From the IMG/VR virus record IMGVR_UViG_3300025924_000017, positions 64,001-128,000 of that record: 64,000 bases of DNA; one strand, given 5' to 3'. The notes beneath the pieces are model-generated. The model was not told the origin of the DNA. It saw only the letters and a list, made by a program, of their open reading frames with translations, and made no database searches. Source of the DNA: a virus. Lineage: Duplodnaviria; Caudoviricetes. A program made the position numbers and the translations under genes. This document shows, piece after piece, positions 19,010 to 28,617 of the stretch; within the stretch, counting starts at the first letter, position 1, and the number at the start of each line of letters is the position of its first letter.

Positions 19010-19447
19010 ATGGAATCTCGTATCCGTCACGCATATGACGCCAGCCTCGCGCTTCTCGCGCCGAACTCGGCGGCAAACACTGCGACCTTCACCAGCACGA
19101 AGGTTGACATCAATCGCATCGTCAACTCCGTCCGTGGCGCCCTCAACGGCAAGTACGGCGAGCGCAACTTCTCCGTTGTGTTCGTTGTCACCGCCCTCGA
19201 CCACACCACGGGTGACGAGACCTACTCGTACGCGTTCACCACGTGGGATGCCAACGGTGCCAACCCGGTGACGCAGCGCACCGAAGTCTTCACGACCGCC
19301 GATATCGGCGCCGTGTACGTCTACGACTTCGATACCGGTTCGCTCGCGAACCGCGACAACGACGCCGCACTGTTCGGCTTCGTGGCGACCCTCGCGGGTA
19401 CCACGCCGTCCGTGCAGGGCTTCTCGTACGTCGCACCGACCGCCTAA
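19010..19447 (+). CDS. Minor capsid/decoration protein (putative)
   Basis: Beta-rich 145 aa ORF after MCP, high-expression codon use, followed by terminator. Confidence 0.65.
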   Translation: MESRIRHAYDASLALLAPNSAANTATFTSTKVDINRIVNSVRGALNGKYGERNFSVVFVVTALDHTTGDETYSYAFTTWDANGANPVTQRTEVFTTADIGAVYVYDFDTGSLANRDNDAALFGFVATLAGTTPSVQGFSYVAPTA

Positions 19448-19472
19448 CCCGCGCTCGGGACAACCCTCCGAA

Positions 19473-19508
19473 AAGGGGCGGGGCTTGCGCCTCGCCCCTT
19501 TTTCTTTT
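19473..19508 (+). terminator. Intrinsic terminator
   Basis: AAGGGGCGGGGC-TTGC-GCCTCGCCCCTT then T run. Confidence 0.8.
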
Positions 19509-19531
19509 GCTCGCATTACAGGATTTTCAAA

Positions 19532-20125
19532 GTGGCTCGTCGTCAACGTACACGCTCCAATGGCCCTCGCATGAGCAGCGGAGCCGGTGGTTTTTCCTAT
19601 CCGGTCTTCAGCCTCACCCTCGATAACGCCGAGTTCCCCGAGGCCTCGCCGCCGGGCACGCTCATCGGCAATTTCGCCTCCACGCCTCTCGATGGGCGCA
19701 TTCACCTGATCGACAATGCCGGTGGCAAGGTTGCCATGGGCGACAATCAGCGTTCTCTCGTCGTCGGCGCGACCGAAGACGATACCGTCGAAGCTTTCTC
19801 GGTCACCGCACGCCTGTCTTGGGCAGGTGCTTTCTCGGACTTCGAGTTCACCATCAACTCGGACGCCGCAACGCTGAGCGTCGGCGGCAGCACGAGCTTC
19901 GTCCACAACGCGGCGACCAACACGGTTCTCGGCGCGATCTCTTCGGTTCCAAGCGGCGCCTCCTACTCCATCGTTTCTCAGGATGTCGCGAGCGGCCTTG
20001 CGATCAGCGCTGGCAACCTTGTGAAGGGAAGTGGGACGATCACCGCCGGTGCGTACCACTTCACGCTTCGTGCCACGAAGGGCTCGTTCCACTGGGATCA
20101 GGCTTTCACCTACACCGCAACGTAA
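19532..20125 (+). CDS. Putative virion protein with cadherin/Ig-like folds
   Basis: EASPPGTLIG...; beta-rich Ser/Thr/Gly composition. Confidence 0.55.
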   Translation: MARRQRTRSNGPRMSSGAGGFSYPVFSLTLDNAEFPEASPPGTLIGNFASTPLDGRIHLIDNAGGKVAMGDNQRSLVVGATEDDTVEAFSVTARLSWAGAFSDFEFTINSDAATLSVGGSTSFVHNAATNTVLGAISSVPSGASYSIVSQDVASGLAISAGNLVKGSGTITAGAYHFTLRATKGSFHWDQAFTYTAT

Positions 20126-20135
20126 GCGCTCCCCT

Positions 20136-20525
20136 TTGGAATCCCCGGACCACTTCATCACCCGCGACGGTGTGACGTTCGCGGGGTCTCACCTGATCAT
20201 CGACTTTTGGGGCGCGAAGCATCTTGCAGATCGCGACGCGCTCGAACTGGCACTGATCGCGGCTGTGAAGGCCGCTGGCGCCACGCTGCTTCACATACAT
20301 CTGCATACCTTCGGAGACGGCGGCGGCGTCAGCGGCGTCGCTGTGCTCGCTGAGAGCCACATCAGCGTCCACACGTGGCCTGAGCGTGGCTATGCCGCCT
20401 TCGACATCTTCATGTGCGGCGACGCGCGCCCCGAACGCGCCCTCACTGTCCTCACAGAATCCCTGAACCCCGAAAGAACCGTCTCCGCAAATCACAAGAG
20501 GGGTATCACCCACGATGACACGTAA
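20136..20525 (+). CDS. speD: S-adenosylmethionine decarboxylase proenzyme family (class 1b)
   Basis: G.HLIIDFWG, GGGVSGVAVLAESHISVHTWPERGYAAFDIFMCG with ESH autocleavage motif; TTG start inferred. Confidence 0.9.
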   Translation: MESPDHFITRDGVTFAGSHLIIDFWGAKHLADRDALELALIAAVKAAGATLLHIHLHTFGDGGGVSGVAVLAESHISVHTWPERGYAAFDIFMCGDARPERALTVLTESLNPERTVSANHKRGITHDDT

Positions 20526-21294
20526 AATTCAGCGCTATGGCTGGAAGCGCGACAATCCTGACCACCGCGATCTCAAATTTGCCGCCGTCCACCGCGTCGA
20601 AGCCCTGAGCGTTCCGCCTGCCTACAGCCTCAAGCCGACCATCAAGTTCGTCTTCGATCAGGGCGATCTCGGTTCCTGTACCGCGAACTCCACGATGCTG
20701 ATGTGGGAAATGACCCACGGCCCGGCGCCGGATGGCGGCCACTGGTCGCGCATGTTCACCTACATCGAGAGCCTCATCTACGAACGTTCGTATCCGCAGG
20801 ACGCGGGCGCCGAGCTTCGCGACGTGATGAAGGTCCTCGCGACCAAGGGCACGCCGCCGGACAGCGAGTTCCCGTACGTCGTCAAGAACTTCCCGCACAA
20901 GCCGAGCCATGGCGTGATCGTCGATGCGCGCAAGGACAAGATCGTCACCTACTCCCGCCTCACGGAGCGCGCGGACTTCCTGAACTGTCTGGCGAGCGGC
21001 CATCCGTTCGTCTTTGGCTTCACGGTCTACGAGAGCTTCGAAAGCGATGAGGTCGCCAAGACTGGCGTCGTTCCGATGCCGGGCAAGAACGAGAAGGAGA
21101 TGGGCGGGCACGCCGTCTGTTGCGTCGGCTACGACCAGAACTTCCAAGGCACCGGCGAACTTTATTACCTCGTGCAGAACTCGTGGGGCGAGGACTGGGG
21201 CGACCCGAAGAACCCGGGCTGCTTCTGGATTCCTGCCGCCTACCTCGAAAATCCGGACTTGGCATCCGATTACTGGACCTGCCGGAACAGCTAA
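20515..21294 (+). CDS. Papain-like C1 cysteine peptidase
   Basis: DQGDLGSCTAN, GGHAVCCVGY, VQNSWGEDWG (Q, C, H, N catalytic set). Confidence 0.9.
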   Translation: MTRKIQRYGWKRDNPDHRDLKFAAVHRVEALSVPPAYSLKPTIKFVFDQGDLGSCTANSTMLMWEMTHGPAPDGGHWSRMFTYIESLIYERSYPQDAGAELRDVMKVLATKGTPPDSEFPYVVKNFPHKPSHGVIVDARKDKIVTYSRLTERADFLNCLASGHPFVFGFTVYESFESDEVAKTGVVPMPGKNEKEMGGHAVCCVGYDQNFQGTGELYYLVQNSWGEDWGDPKNPGCFWIPAAYLENPDLASDYWTCRNS

Positions 21295-21307
21295 AGGCTG
21301 ACGCGGT

Positions 21308-21344
21308 GTCAAGAAGTGCGGCAGTAACGCCGCATTTCTTGACA
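21308..21344. promoter_or_regulatory. Inverted repeat containing TTCTTGACA motif
   Basis: GTCAAGAAGTGCGGC-N6-GCCGCATTTCTTGAC. Confidence 0.55.
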
Positions 21345-21429
21345 GACGCCGCCTTTCATGACATCACAAAGCTCCCGAACGCCCGGCGCCAGACGCGTGG
21401 GCCACTCTCCCCGACAATCAGGAATTTCA

Positions 21430-21894
21430 ATGGCAAAGAAGCTTAGCGTCCCTTCGCATATGGCGGTCTATTCGCCCGATGGCGTGAAGGAGATGCACAC
21501 CCGCGCGAACGCGCGCGATCTCGTTCAGAACGCGGACTATTCATGGGAACCGCGCCGACCGGTCAGCCCGGTCGCGAAAGCGCCGTTCGCGCTCCCGCAG
21601 AACGCCAAGTTCAAGACCTCGAAGGCCCAAGAGGTTCTCGACCGCGCAGGCCTGAAGGCTGGCGAGGACGAGAGCGACGGCGATGAGGAATTCGACACGG
21701 TCGTGGACGAAGGCGCTGGCAACGGCACCTTCGCGCTGCCGACCGATGCCGAGGACGCGGAAGCCGACGCCGAACTCGACCCCGATAGCGTCGAGGAAGA
21801 AGCCCCCGCACCGCGCGCGCCCCGCAAGCCCCGCGCAAAGAAAACCAAGCAGCCGGTCGAAGACGAAGAAGTCGAGATCGTCGAGGAAGAATAA
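21430..21894 (+). CDS. Hypothetical protein with acidic C-terminus
   Basis: AGGA RBS, ATG 21430. Confidence 0.7.
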   Translation: MAKKLSVPSHMAVYSPDGVKEMHTRANARDLVQNADYSWEPRRPVSPVAKAPFALPQNAKFKTSKAQEVLDRAGLKAGEDESDGDEEFDTVVDEGAGNGTFALPTDAEDAEADAELDPDSVEEEAPAPRAPRKPRAKKTKQPVEDEEVEIVEEE

Positions 21895-22185
21895 GTGACC
21901 ATTCGCGCTGGACATTTCGAGAAAACCGTCAGCTTCGACGTGACCGCCACGTCCGGGTCCTATCAGGTCCCGGGCGCGAACGACGCACGGGTCGCGCTGC
22001 TCGTGCAGTCCGACCGGACAATCCATATCGACCGCTCCGGCGAAGACGCGACTGTTTCGGCGTCGCTTCGTATCCCGGCGGATACACCGGTTCTGGTGAA
22101 CGCCTTCGCTGGCGACACGATCACCTACGTCACAGGGACCGGCGAGTCGGATGGCACCATCTGGTTCACCAAGGTCGATCACTAA
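21895..22185 (+). CDS. Hypothetical virion protein
   Basis: Abuts upstream stop; beta-rich. Confidence 0.65.
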   Translation: MTIRAGHFEKTVSFDVTATSGSYQVPGANDARVALLVQSDRTIHIDRSGEDATVSASLRIPADTPVLVNAFAGDTITYVTGTGESDGTIWFTKVDH

Positions 22186-22599
22186 ATGACCGTCCAAGTC
22201 GCGTTTGCTGGGGCAGTCCAGATCGACGTCCTCGGCTGGATCGCGGGCACGGACATGCCCGCCGCCCCGTCTTCGGTCAAGTTCGGATTGCTCACAGCGA
22301 TCCCGACGCACGACGGCGTCACGCTGCATGAGTTGAGCGGCAACGGCTATGCGCGACAGACTGTGACGTTCGGATCGGTGTCAACCGATAATACGAACCG
22401 CATCTCATCCATGTCCAACACGAACGCCATCATCTTCGGCCCGTCCACGGCCGACTGGGCGGCCGTCACGTATGGCGCATACTTCGACGGCACGACCGGC
22501 GACATGCTCGCCTACGGCGCGCTCGCCACGCCGCGCACCGCGCCAAACGGCGACACGATTTCTTTCGGCGCAGGCGCTCTGCAACTCCGCCTCCAATAA
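22186..22599 (+). CDS. Tail fibre-associated protein
   Basis: ELSGNGYARQTVTF...NTNAIIFGP.TADW..VTYGAYFD pattern common to phage tail-fibre proteins. Confidence 0.75.
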   Translation: MTVQVAFAGAVQIDVLGWIAGTDMPAAPSSVKFGLLTAIPTHDGVTLHELSGNGYARQTVTFGSVSTDNTNRISSMSNTNAIIFGPSTADWAAVTYGAYFDGTTGDMLAYGALATPRTAPNGDTISFGAGALQLRLQ

Positions 22600-22614
22600 T
22601 CTTCGAGGACCGCT

Positions 22615-25600
22615 GTGGACCATAAAGCCCGCTGCGGTATGACCATGCGGGGGACGGTGATTGCCGTCCCGTCGCAAAAACATGAGTCTTCGCTGGCGAT
22701 CACCGCCGCGAGCGACGCGACCTTTGACGGTTACGTTGGCAAGTCCGCATCTGCGACCATCACAGCCGTCGCCGTTGGCCTCGACGATACGAAGCCCTTC
22801 CCAAATCCTAAGGCCATCGCCTATGCGACCGATCCGGTCGGTGACCTCGTCATCACCGGCGCCGCCGTTCCGAACGCTTACACCGGCGCCCTGACGACGG
22901 CTCTTGAGTTCGACCGGGGCGATGGTACTGGTGGCGGTGGCGGCGGGTCTGGCGTCGCGGGCGAATGGCTGGGCGCTTGGTCGAACACCACGTCGTATGT
23001 TGCGACCAACCTCGTCCAGCGCAGCGGTTCTTCGTATATCGCACTCGTCGATAACTCCGGCGTCGATCCGGCGACGGACGATGGAACACACTGGGACCTC
23101 GTAGCGCAAAAAGGTAGCACGGGCGCGACCGGTGCTACCGGTGCCACAGGCCCGCAAGGACCCGCCGGTGCAGACGGCGCGGACGGCGCAGGCTTTGTGT
23201 GGCAGGACGCGTGGTCGTCCGGCACCACCTATCACGAGAACGACATCGTCTCCTCCGGCGGCTCGTCTTATATCTGCATCGACACGACGAGCATCAGCGA
23301 CCCCCCCGCGTCTTCGCCCTTGAAGTGGAGCTTGCTCGCGCAGAAGGGTTCCAAAGGCGATACGGGGAACACCGGTGCGACTGGTCCGGCGGGTGCAGAC
23401 GGCCCCGCAGGTGCGGACGGAAAGACCATCCGCAGCGGCTCTGGCGCACCGTCCTCCGGACTGGGAGTCGATGGCGACTTCTACATCGATTCAAGCGCGC
23501 ATGCGATCTACGGCCCCAAAGCTTCAGGCTCATGGGGTGCATCGACTCCCCTCATAGGCGCAACAGGCGCCACCGGCTCCGCAGGAACGGACGGCAAGAC
23601 GATCCGTAGTGGATCGGGTGTGCCTTCTTCGGGCTTCGGCGTCGATGGCGACTTCTACATCGACACCGCCGCGACCGCGATCTACGGCCCGAAGACATCG
23701 GGCGCGTGGGGTTCGTCTACGCCACTCATTGGCCCCACCGGCCCTACCGGAGCCACGGGCGCGACCGGACCGGCAGGCACCGATGGTAAGACGATCCGCA
23801 GTGGTTCCGGTGTGCCATCTTCAGGCCTCGGCGTCGATGGCGACTTTTATATCGACACGACTGCCAATGCGCTCTACGGGCCAAAGACCTCCGGCGCGTG
23901 GGGATCGTCCACATCGCTAATCGGCCCAGCGGGAGCAACCGGCGCCACCGGAGCCACGGGCGCGACCGGAGCCGCCGGTGCTGATGGAAAAACCATCCGC
24001 AGCGGTTCTGGCGTTCCATCATCAGGCCTCGGCGTCGATGGTGACTTCTATGTCGATACGACCGCGCACGCGATCTATGGTCCGAAAACTTCAGGTGCTT
24101 GGGGGTCGTCAACTTCACTGATTGGACCGACCGGAGCCACTGGCGCAACCGGATCGGCGGGCGCAGCCGGTGCGGACGGTAAGACAGTTCGCAGTGGTTC
24201 GGGTGCTCCGTCGTCAGGGCTGGGCGTCGATGGCGACTTCTACATCGATACAACCGCCGACGCGATCTACGGCCCCAAGACTGCGGGCGCGTGGGGATCG
24301 GGCACATCGCTTGTTGGAGCCACTGGCGCGACCGGAGCCACAGGCGCGACCGGAGCGACGGGAGCCGCAGGCCAAGGCTTCACAAATCGCGGCGCATGGA
24401 TCACGGGCACGACATACGCTGCCTACGATGTCGTGACCGATGGTGGTCAGACCTTTCTCTGCACGACCGGCCTGACGAGTTCGACAGCCCCCGCGTCCGA
24501 TCCGACTCACTTCCTCCTCTGGGCGCAAAAAGGTGCGGCGGGAACCAATGGCACCAACGGTACCAATGGTACCAACGGTCAGGGCTTCACGAATCGTGGG
24601 GCGTGGGTCACAGGCACGACCTATTCCGCTTATGATGTGGTGACTGACGGCGGTCAGACATTCCTCTGTACGACCGGCCTGACGAGTTCGACAGCGCCCG
24701 CTTCCGATCCGACTCACTTTCTCCTCTGGGCGCAAGCCGGTGCGACCGGAGCCACAGGTGCGACCGGATCGACTGGTGCAACCGGCGCGACCGGACCCGG
24801 TGTCGCGACAGGCGGCTCGGCGAACCAAGCACTCACGAAAATCGACGGAACGAATTTCAATACCCAGTGGGGTGGCGTGATTGCGTTGCCCTCCGGACTC
24901 GTGAATGCGCCATCGATCTATTGGAATACAAACGATGGACTTTACTCTCCGGTTACGGGCGCATTCAGCGGGGCAATCGGAGGCGCCGAGCGTCTTCGTC
25001 TGACGAATACCGCGCTCCAACTGAACTCCATCCAAACAACGCCGACATCGACCTCCCAATCCACCACATTGTTTGCCCCGTTCCTTCAAGTGAACGGCAC
25101 GACCAATGCCTCAGCTTCAGAACTCATTGCGCGGTGGAGCGCCAATGCCGTTCCTCCGGGATTGTACTTTGCAAAATCTCGCGGCGCGGCTGTCGGCACA
25201 CACGCTCAGGTTTCGCTTGCCGATCCTTGCGGCTATCTCGCTTTTGCTGGCTCTGACGGAACGAACTTCGTCGATCTTGGGCATGTTGGTGTTGAAGTTT
25301 CCGGTGTCCCCACTTCTGGCGCGGGCTCTGGACGTTTCTTCGTCGAACTCTCGAATGCCTCGGGCACGCCCTCTCGTGTTTTCTCGGTCGAAGCAGACAG
25401 CACGATCAAACTTAACAACCAAGTTCGTTTCCGCCCCAACACCACGGCGCAAATCCTGCTCGGCAAGCTCGCGTCTACGCCTTCGACTGCGCTGACCACA
25501 CTTGTCACGGGCGTGTACGACCAACTCAGCGCCGCTGGCCTCCTTTCGAAACTTCTCGGCCTCTGGGTTCACGCACTCCCCGCGCAGGCGGACGCACTGC

Positions 25601-26604
25601 TCGATTGGATCGGGACCCATAATCTCACGATCACCGGAACACCGGTCTTCACCGCGAACAAGGGTTTCACGGGAGACGGATCGACGGCACTCCTCAATTG
25701 TCCTGTGAGCTTGATCGCCCTTGGATCGTTGCAGGACAGTACGTCTGCGGGCACGTATGTCTTGACGGCTTCCGCTTCCGCTGCGGCCGTTATTGGCATG
25801 AACAATGCGCAGACGCGTCGTACCTATTTGCAGTCAGCGACGAGCGGTGCGCTCGCAGTGCGGTGTAACGACCAGACGGCAGGTGATACGTTCACGCCGA
25901 CGCGTTACACCGGCATGTTCTGCATCACGCGTAACGCGAGTACCGGTTTCACAGCAGGCGTCGATGACATCGCTGCCGCTACCATCACCCGCGCGAGCCT
26001 TGCACAGAACGCCATCCCTTGCTTCCTCGGTACCACTGATTCCACCGGCAGCGAATTCTCTACGGCTCAGATCGCCTTCTCGTTCCTCGGCTTGGGCTTG
26101 AGTTCGACCGACATCGCAAACCTGCGCGCGATCATGGTGGACTATTTCCTCGTGGGTGTCGGCGCGATCACACCGACCGTAGTGAACTTGCCGCCCGCAC
26201 TGAATTTCAAGGCGCAGACCTTTTACGTCGGCGATCTCGGCGGTGGTGGCGCACTGATCCAGTCCGATGGCGTGAGTTGGTCACGCGTCGGATCGAGTTA
26301 CGAGGAGCAAACGGCCGACGCGGACAAGACACTCGTGAGTCTCACGAACGCCGAACATCAGAACTTTACCGCAACCATCACGGCAAATCGCACTGTCACG
26401 CTCCAGACCACGGACGCCAAAGGCACGACCGTCAAGAAAGGCGCGCGCTTCGTCATCCGGAACAGCGGATCGGGTGCCTTCACCTTCACGATCAAAGACG
26501 GCAGTGGTGGTACTCTACTGACGGTTCCAGTCTCGACGGCAAAATCCGCGCTCTGTGTGTTCAACGGAACGGCGTGGGCCTTGATGCAGGACGGCGCGAT
26601 CTAA
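22615..26604 (+). CDS. Long tail fibre protein with collagen-like repeats and repeated beta modules
   Basis: GAT/GPT triplets, five GKTIRSGSG...GDFYID...YGPK modules, CBM-like W-rich modules; start uncertain. Confidence 0.85.
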   Translation: MDHKARCGMTMRGTVIAVPSQKHESSLAITAASDATFDGYVGKSASATITAVAVGLDDTKPFPNPKAIAYATDPVGDLVITGAAVPNAYTGALTTALEFDRGDGTGGGGGGSGVAGEWLGAWSNTTSYVATNLVQRSGSSYIALVDNSGVDPATDDGTHWDLVAQKGSTGATGATGATGPQGPAGADGADGAGFVWQDAWSSGTTYHENDIVSSGGSSYICIDTTSISDPPASSPLKWSLLAQKGSKGDTGNTGATGPAGADGPAGADGKTIRSGSGAPSSGLGVDGDFYIDSSAHAIYGPKASGSWGASTPLIGATGATGSAGTDGKTIRSGSGVPSSGFGVDGDFYIDTAATAIYGPKTSGAWGSSTPLIGPTGPTGATGATGPAGTDGKTIRSGSGVPSSGLGVDGDFYIDTTANALYGPKTSGAWGSSTSLIGPAGATGATGATGATGAAGADGKTIRSGSGVPSSGLGVDGDFYVDTTAHAIYGPKTSGAWGSSTSLIGPTGATGATGSAGAAGADGKTVRSGSGAPSSGLGVDGDFYIDTTADAIYGPKTAGAWGSGTSLVGATGATGATGATGATGAAGQGFTNRGAWITGTTYAAYDVVTDGGQTFLCTTGLTSSTAPASDPTHFLLWAQKGAAGTNGTNGTNGTNGQGFTNRGAWVTGTTYSAYDVVTDGGQTFLCTTGLTSSTAPASDPTHFLLWAQAGATGATGATGSTGATGATGPGVATGGSANQALTKIDGTNFNTQWGGVIALPSGLVNAPSIYWNTNDGLYSPVTGAFSGAIGGAERLRLTNTALQLNSIQTTPTSTSQSTTLFAPFLQVNGTTNASASELIARWSANAVPPGLYFAKSRGAAVGTHAQVSLADPCGYLAFAGSDGTNFVDLGHVGVEVSGVPTSGAGSGRFFVELSNASGTPSRVFSVEADSTIKLNNQVRFRPNTTAQILLGKLASTPSTALTTLVTGVYDQLSAAGLLSKLLGLWVHALPAQADALLDWIGTHNLTITGTPVFTANKGFTGDGSTALLNCPVSLIALGSLQDSTSAGTYVLTASASAAAVIGMNNAQTRRTYLQSATSGALAVRCNDQTAGDTFTPTRYTGMFCITRNASTGFTAGVDDIAAATITRASLAQNAIPCFLGTTDSTGSEFSTAQIAFSFLGLGLSSTDIANLRAIMVDYFLVGVGAITPTVVNLPPALNFKAQTFYVGDLGGGGALIQSDGVSWSRVGSSYEEQTADADKTLVSLTNAEHQNFTATITANRTVTLQTTDAKGTTVKKGARFVIRNSGSGAFTFTIKDGSGGTLLTVPVSTAKSALCVFNGTAWALMQDGAI
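23410..24318 (+). repeat. Five copies of a ~50-aa module separated by collagen linkers
   Basis: G(A/T)DGKT(I/V)RSGSG(A/V)PSSG(L/F)GVDGDFY(I/V)D..A.A(I/L)YGPK..G.WG..T.L(I/V)G x5. Confidence 0.9.
24373..24733 (+). repeat. Two near-identical ~52-aa modules
   Basis: QGFTNRGAW.TGTTY.AYDVVTDGGQTFLCTTGLTSSTAPASDPTHFLLWAQ x2, near-identical at DNA level. Confidence 0.9.
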
Positions 26605-26838
26605 CATTTGTGTGTCCTCGTTTGGGACGCCAATTATTAAAACGTAACACATATCGCTAAAAAGTCGCAGTGTACGACACACTGCCTTGACTTGCCGGAT
26701 TTCCCGGAGTAACTGTCATTCGTTGTATGGCAACTCAGAGGAGATTCCACGATATTCGCCCGGCGATCAGTCCTTTCAGGCATCCTCGCGCTCCCAGCGC
26801 TCCGTGCAAACGCCAAACACCTACGCGGCAAGAACCGA

Positions 26839-28242
26839 ATGGGTAACGGCTATCGCGTGCACGCCTACGCGGGCCAGTCCAATGAGGTTGGCTACGGGCT
26901 CGGGAATGCGAGCTTAAGCAGCGTCGCGTGCGACTCGCGCATCGTCCAGATCGGACGCGGCAGCAGCGACATGCAAATCATCGGCATCACGAATGAGCTT
27001 GAGTACTGGCCTTCGGTCGGTCAAGCACATGGATGCAATCCTTCGGTTGCGCGGTATTGGGCCGCAAACTATCTCGCAGATGGAGATACGCTCGGCATCG
27101 TCCCGGCGGCACATGGCGAGACTTCAATCCTTCAATGGCTTCAACTTGTTCCGGATGGCCTCAACCTCTACGACGATATGGCGGCGCGGATACGCGTCTA
27201 CCTCTCGCAGCCCGGTAACAATACCGTTGACCTGCTGACGATGCAGTTGGGCGAGTTGGATTGCACGATCATCGGCGATCCAACGCACAAGTGGAATTAT
27301 TTGCTCCCGGATGTCGATACGTGGCATGCCCGCATGCTGGATTTCATCGACAAGTTTCGGGCCGACTTCGGGGTCGTGCCCTTCGTTCTCTCGAAGCTTT
27401 CGCCGCTCTGGAATCCACCCGCGAAGGCTGGCATCGAAGCGGCGATGGATACGATCCAGACCGAGCGCGCTTTCGTCCAAACGGTAACGACGAAGTATTC
27501 GCTCCTGAATGGGTCCGTCGCCACAGGCAAAGGCTTTGCTCATTTCGCCGCGCAGGGTCAAGAGATGCAGGCGATGCGCCGCATTCTGGCGGCGTCTACG
27601 CTAATCAACGGCACCCCATACTTCTCACCGAACGGTCTGGTCAACGGCGCTTTCGATGCGTGGAGTAACGGTACGTGCTTTCCTCTCGCACCGTCTACGC
27701 CGACACCCATCGCGGACTATTGGGTCGCCTGCCGCAACAATGCAGGGAACGCCACGATATCACGTCAGGCCGGATTCAACGGCTCGGCCTATTGTACTCG
27801 CATCCAACGCAATCAAGGCACGGCGGATAGCCAGACCATAAGTATCTTCCAGCGTATCCCGGACAGCGTGGCGGCGTCGTGGGCAGGCAAGACCGTAACG
27901 ATTGCCTACGACATGCGTCTCGGCGCAAACTTCTCCGGTTATGCTGGGCGATTCCGCTCGGCGATATGCACGGCAGGCGGCAGTGGCGAATCGTTCAACT
28001 ACCTGACCCGCTCGTTTCAATCCGCCACGGCGATCAGTCAGCAATATGCGAATGTGCCGTATTCGACTCCTGCGCGCTGGTTCAACACATTCGATGTACC
28101 GGTCGGTTGCGGGGAATTGGCGCTCCAGTTGAACTGGGCGCCCGATCCGTCGTTGGGTGCGGCCGGTGCAGCGGATTACGCCGATCTCGGTGCGGTCTGG
28201 TTTGCGCAAGGCGTCGTTCCGATGGGGCTGAGCACGTCATAA
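26839..28242 (+). CDS. SGNH carbohydrate esterase (SASA/CE6 sialate O-acetylesterase-like) with C-terminal beta-sandwich domain
   Basis: AGQSNEVG block I motif; AAHGETSI, MQLGE and AHF blocks. Confidence 0.7.
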   Translation: MGNGYRVHAYAGQSNEVGYGLGNASLSSVACDSRIVQIGRGSSDMQIIGITNELEYWPSVGQAHGCNPSVARYWAANYLADGDTLGIVPAAHGETSILQWLQLVPDGLNLYDDMAARIRVYLSQPGNNTVDLLTMQLGELDCTIIGDPTHKWNYLLPDVDTWHARMLDFIDKFRADFGVVPFVLSKLSPLWNPPAKAGIEAAMDTIQTERAFVQTVTTKYSLLNGSVATGKGFAHFAAQGQEMQAMRRILAASTLINGTPYFSPNGLVNGAFDAWSNGTCFPLAPSTPTPIADYWVACRNNAGNATISRQAGFNGSAYCTRIQRNQGTADSQTISIFQRIPDSVAASWAGKTVTIAYDMRLGANFSGYAGRFRSAICTAGGSGESFNYLTRSFQSATAISQQYANVPYSTPARWFNTFDVPVGCGELALQLNWAPDPSLGAAGAADYADLGAVWFAQGVVPMGLSTS

Positions 28243-28285
28243 AGCATGCGGCGGCCTCCTATTTGCCGCAATCCACGGCCGGATA

Positions 28286-28325
28286 GTCGTAAATCTTGAC
28301 ACACGTTTCCGGACGCGTTAGGGTC
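28286..28325 (+). promoter_or_regulatory. Promoter-like site
   Basis: GTCGTAAATCTTGACA, identical to the 16 bp at 16838. Confidence 0.55.
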
Positions 28326-28347
28326 CCCTCCTGAAATCGAGGACCCC

Positions 28348-28611
28348 ATGACCGAACGCAAGCGCGTTTACGACCCGGACGGCCAACCTTTCGACGTACC
28401 CGTCGCGAAGGCAGCCGATCTCGTGTTGTATCATGGCTGGAGCCAAACGCCCCTCGATCCGGACGCCGTCCCGGCTGTGACGACCGTCGAGCCCGAACGA
28501 GGTACGCGCACCATTGACGAGAATTCGTCGATGGAAGATTGGCGTTACTCCGAAGTCGGGCGCGAAGAGGTCGATGAGCCGGGTCCCCGGCGTCGGAAAT
28601 CCAAGACCTAA
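28348..28611 (+). CDS. Hypothetical protein
   Basis: GAGG RBS; N-terminus resembles that of ORF 21430 (VY.PDG...A.DLV....WS). Confidence 0.7.
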   Translation: MTERKRVYDPDGQPFDVPVAKAADLVLYHGWSQTPLDPDAVPAVTTVEPERGTRTIDENSSMEDWRYSEVGREEVDEPGPRRRKSKT

Positions 28612-28617
28612 GGTTAC

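Noticed and set aside
22615-26604. Diversity-generating retroelement template/variable repeats
   Set aside because: Repeats are in-frame protein modules, differences are not adenine-specific, and no reverse transcriptase is in the window.
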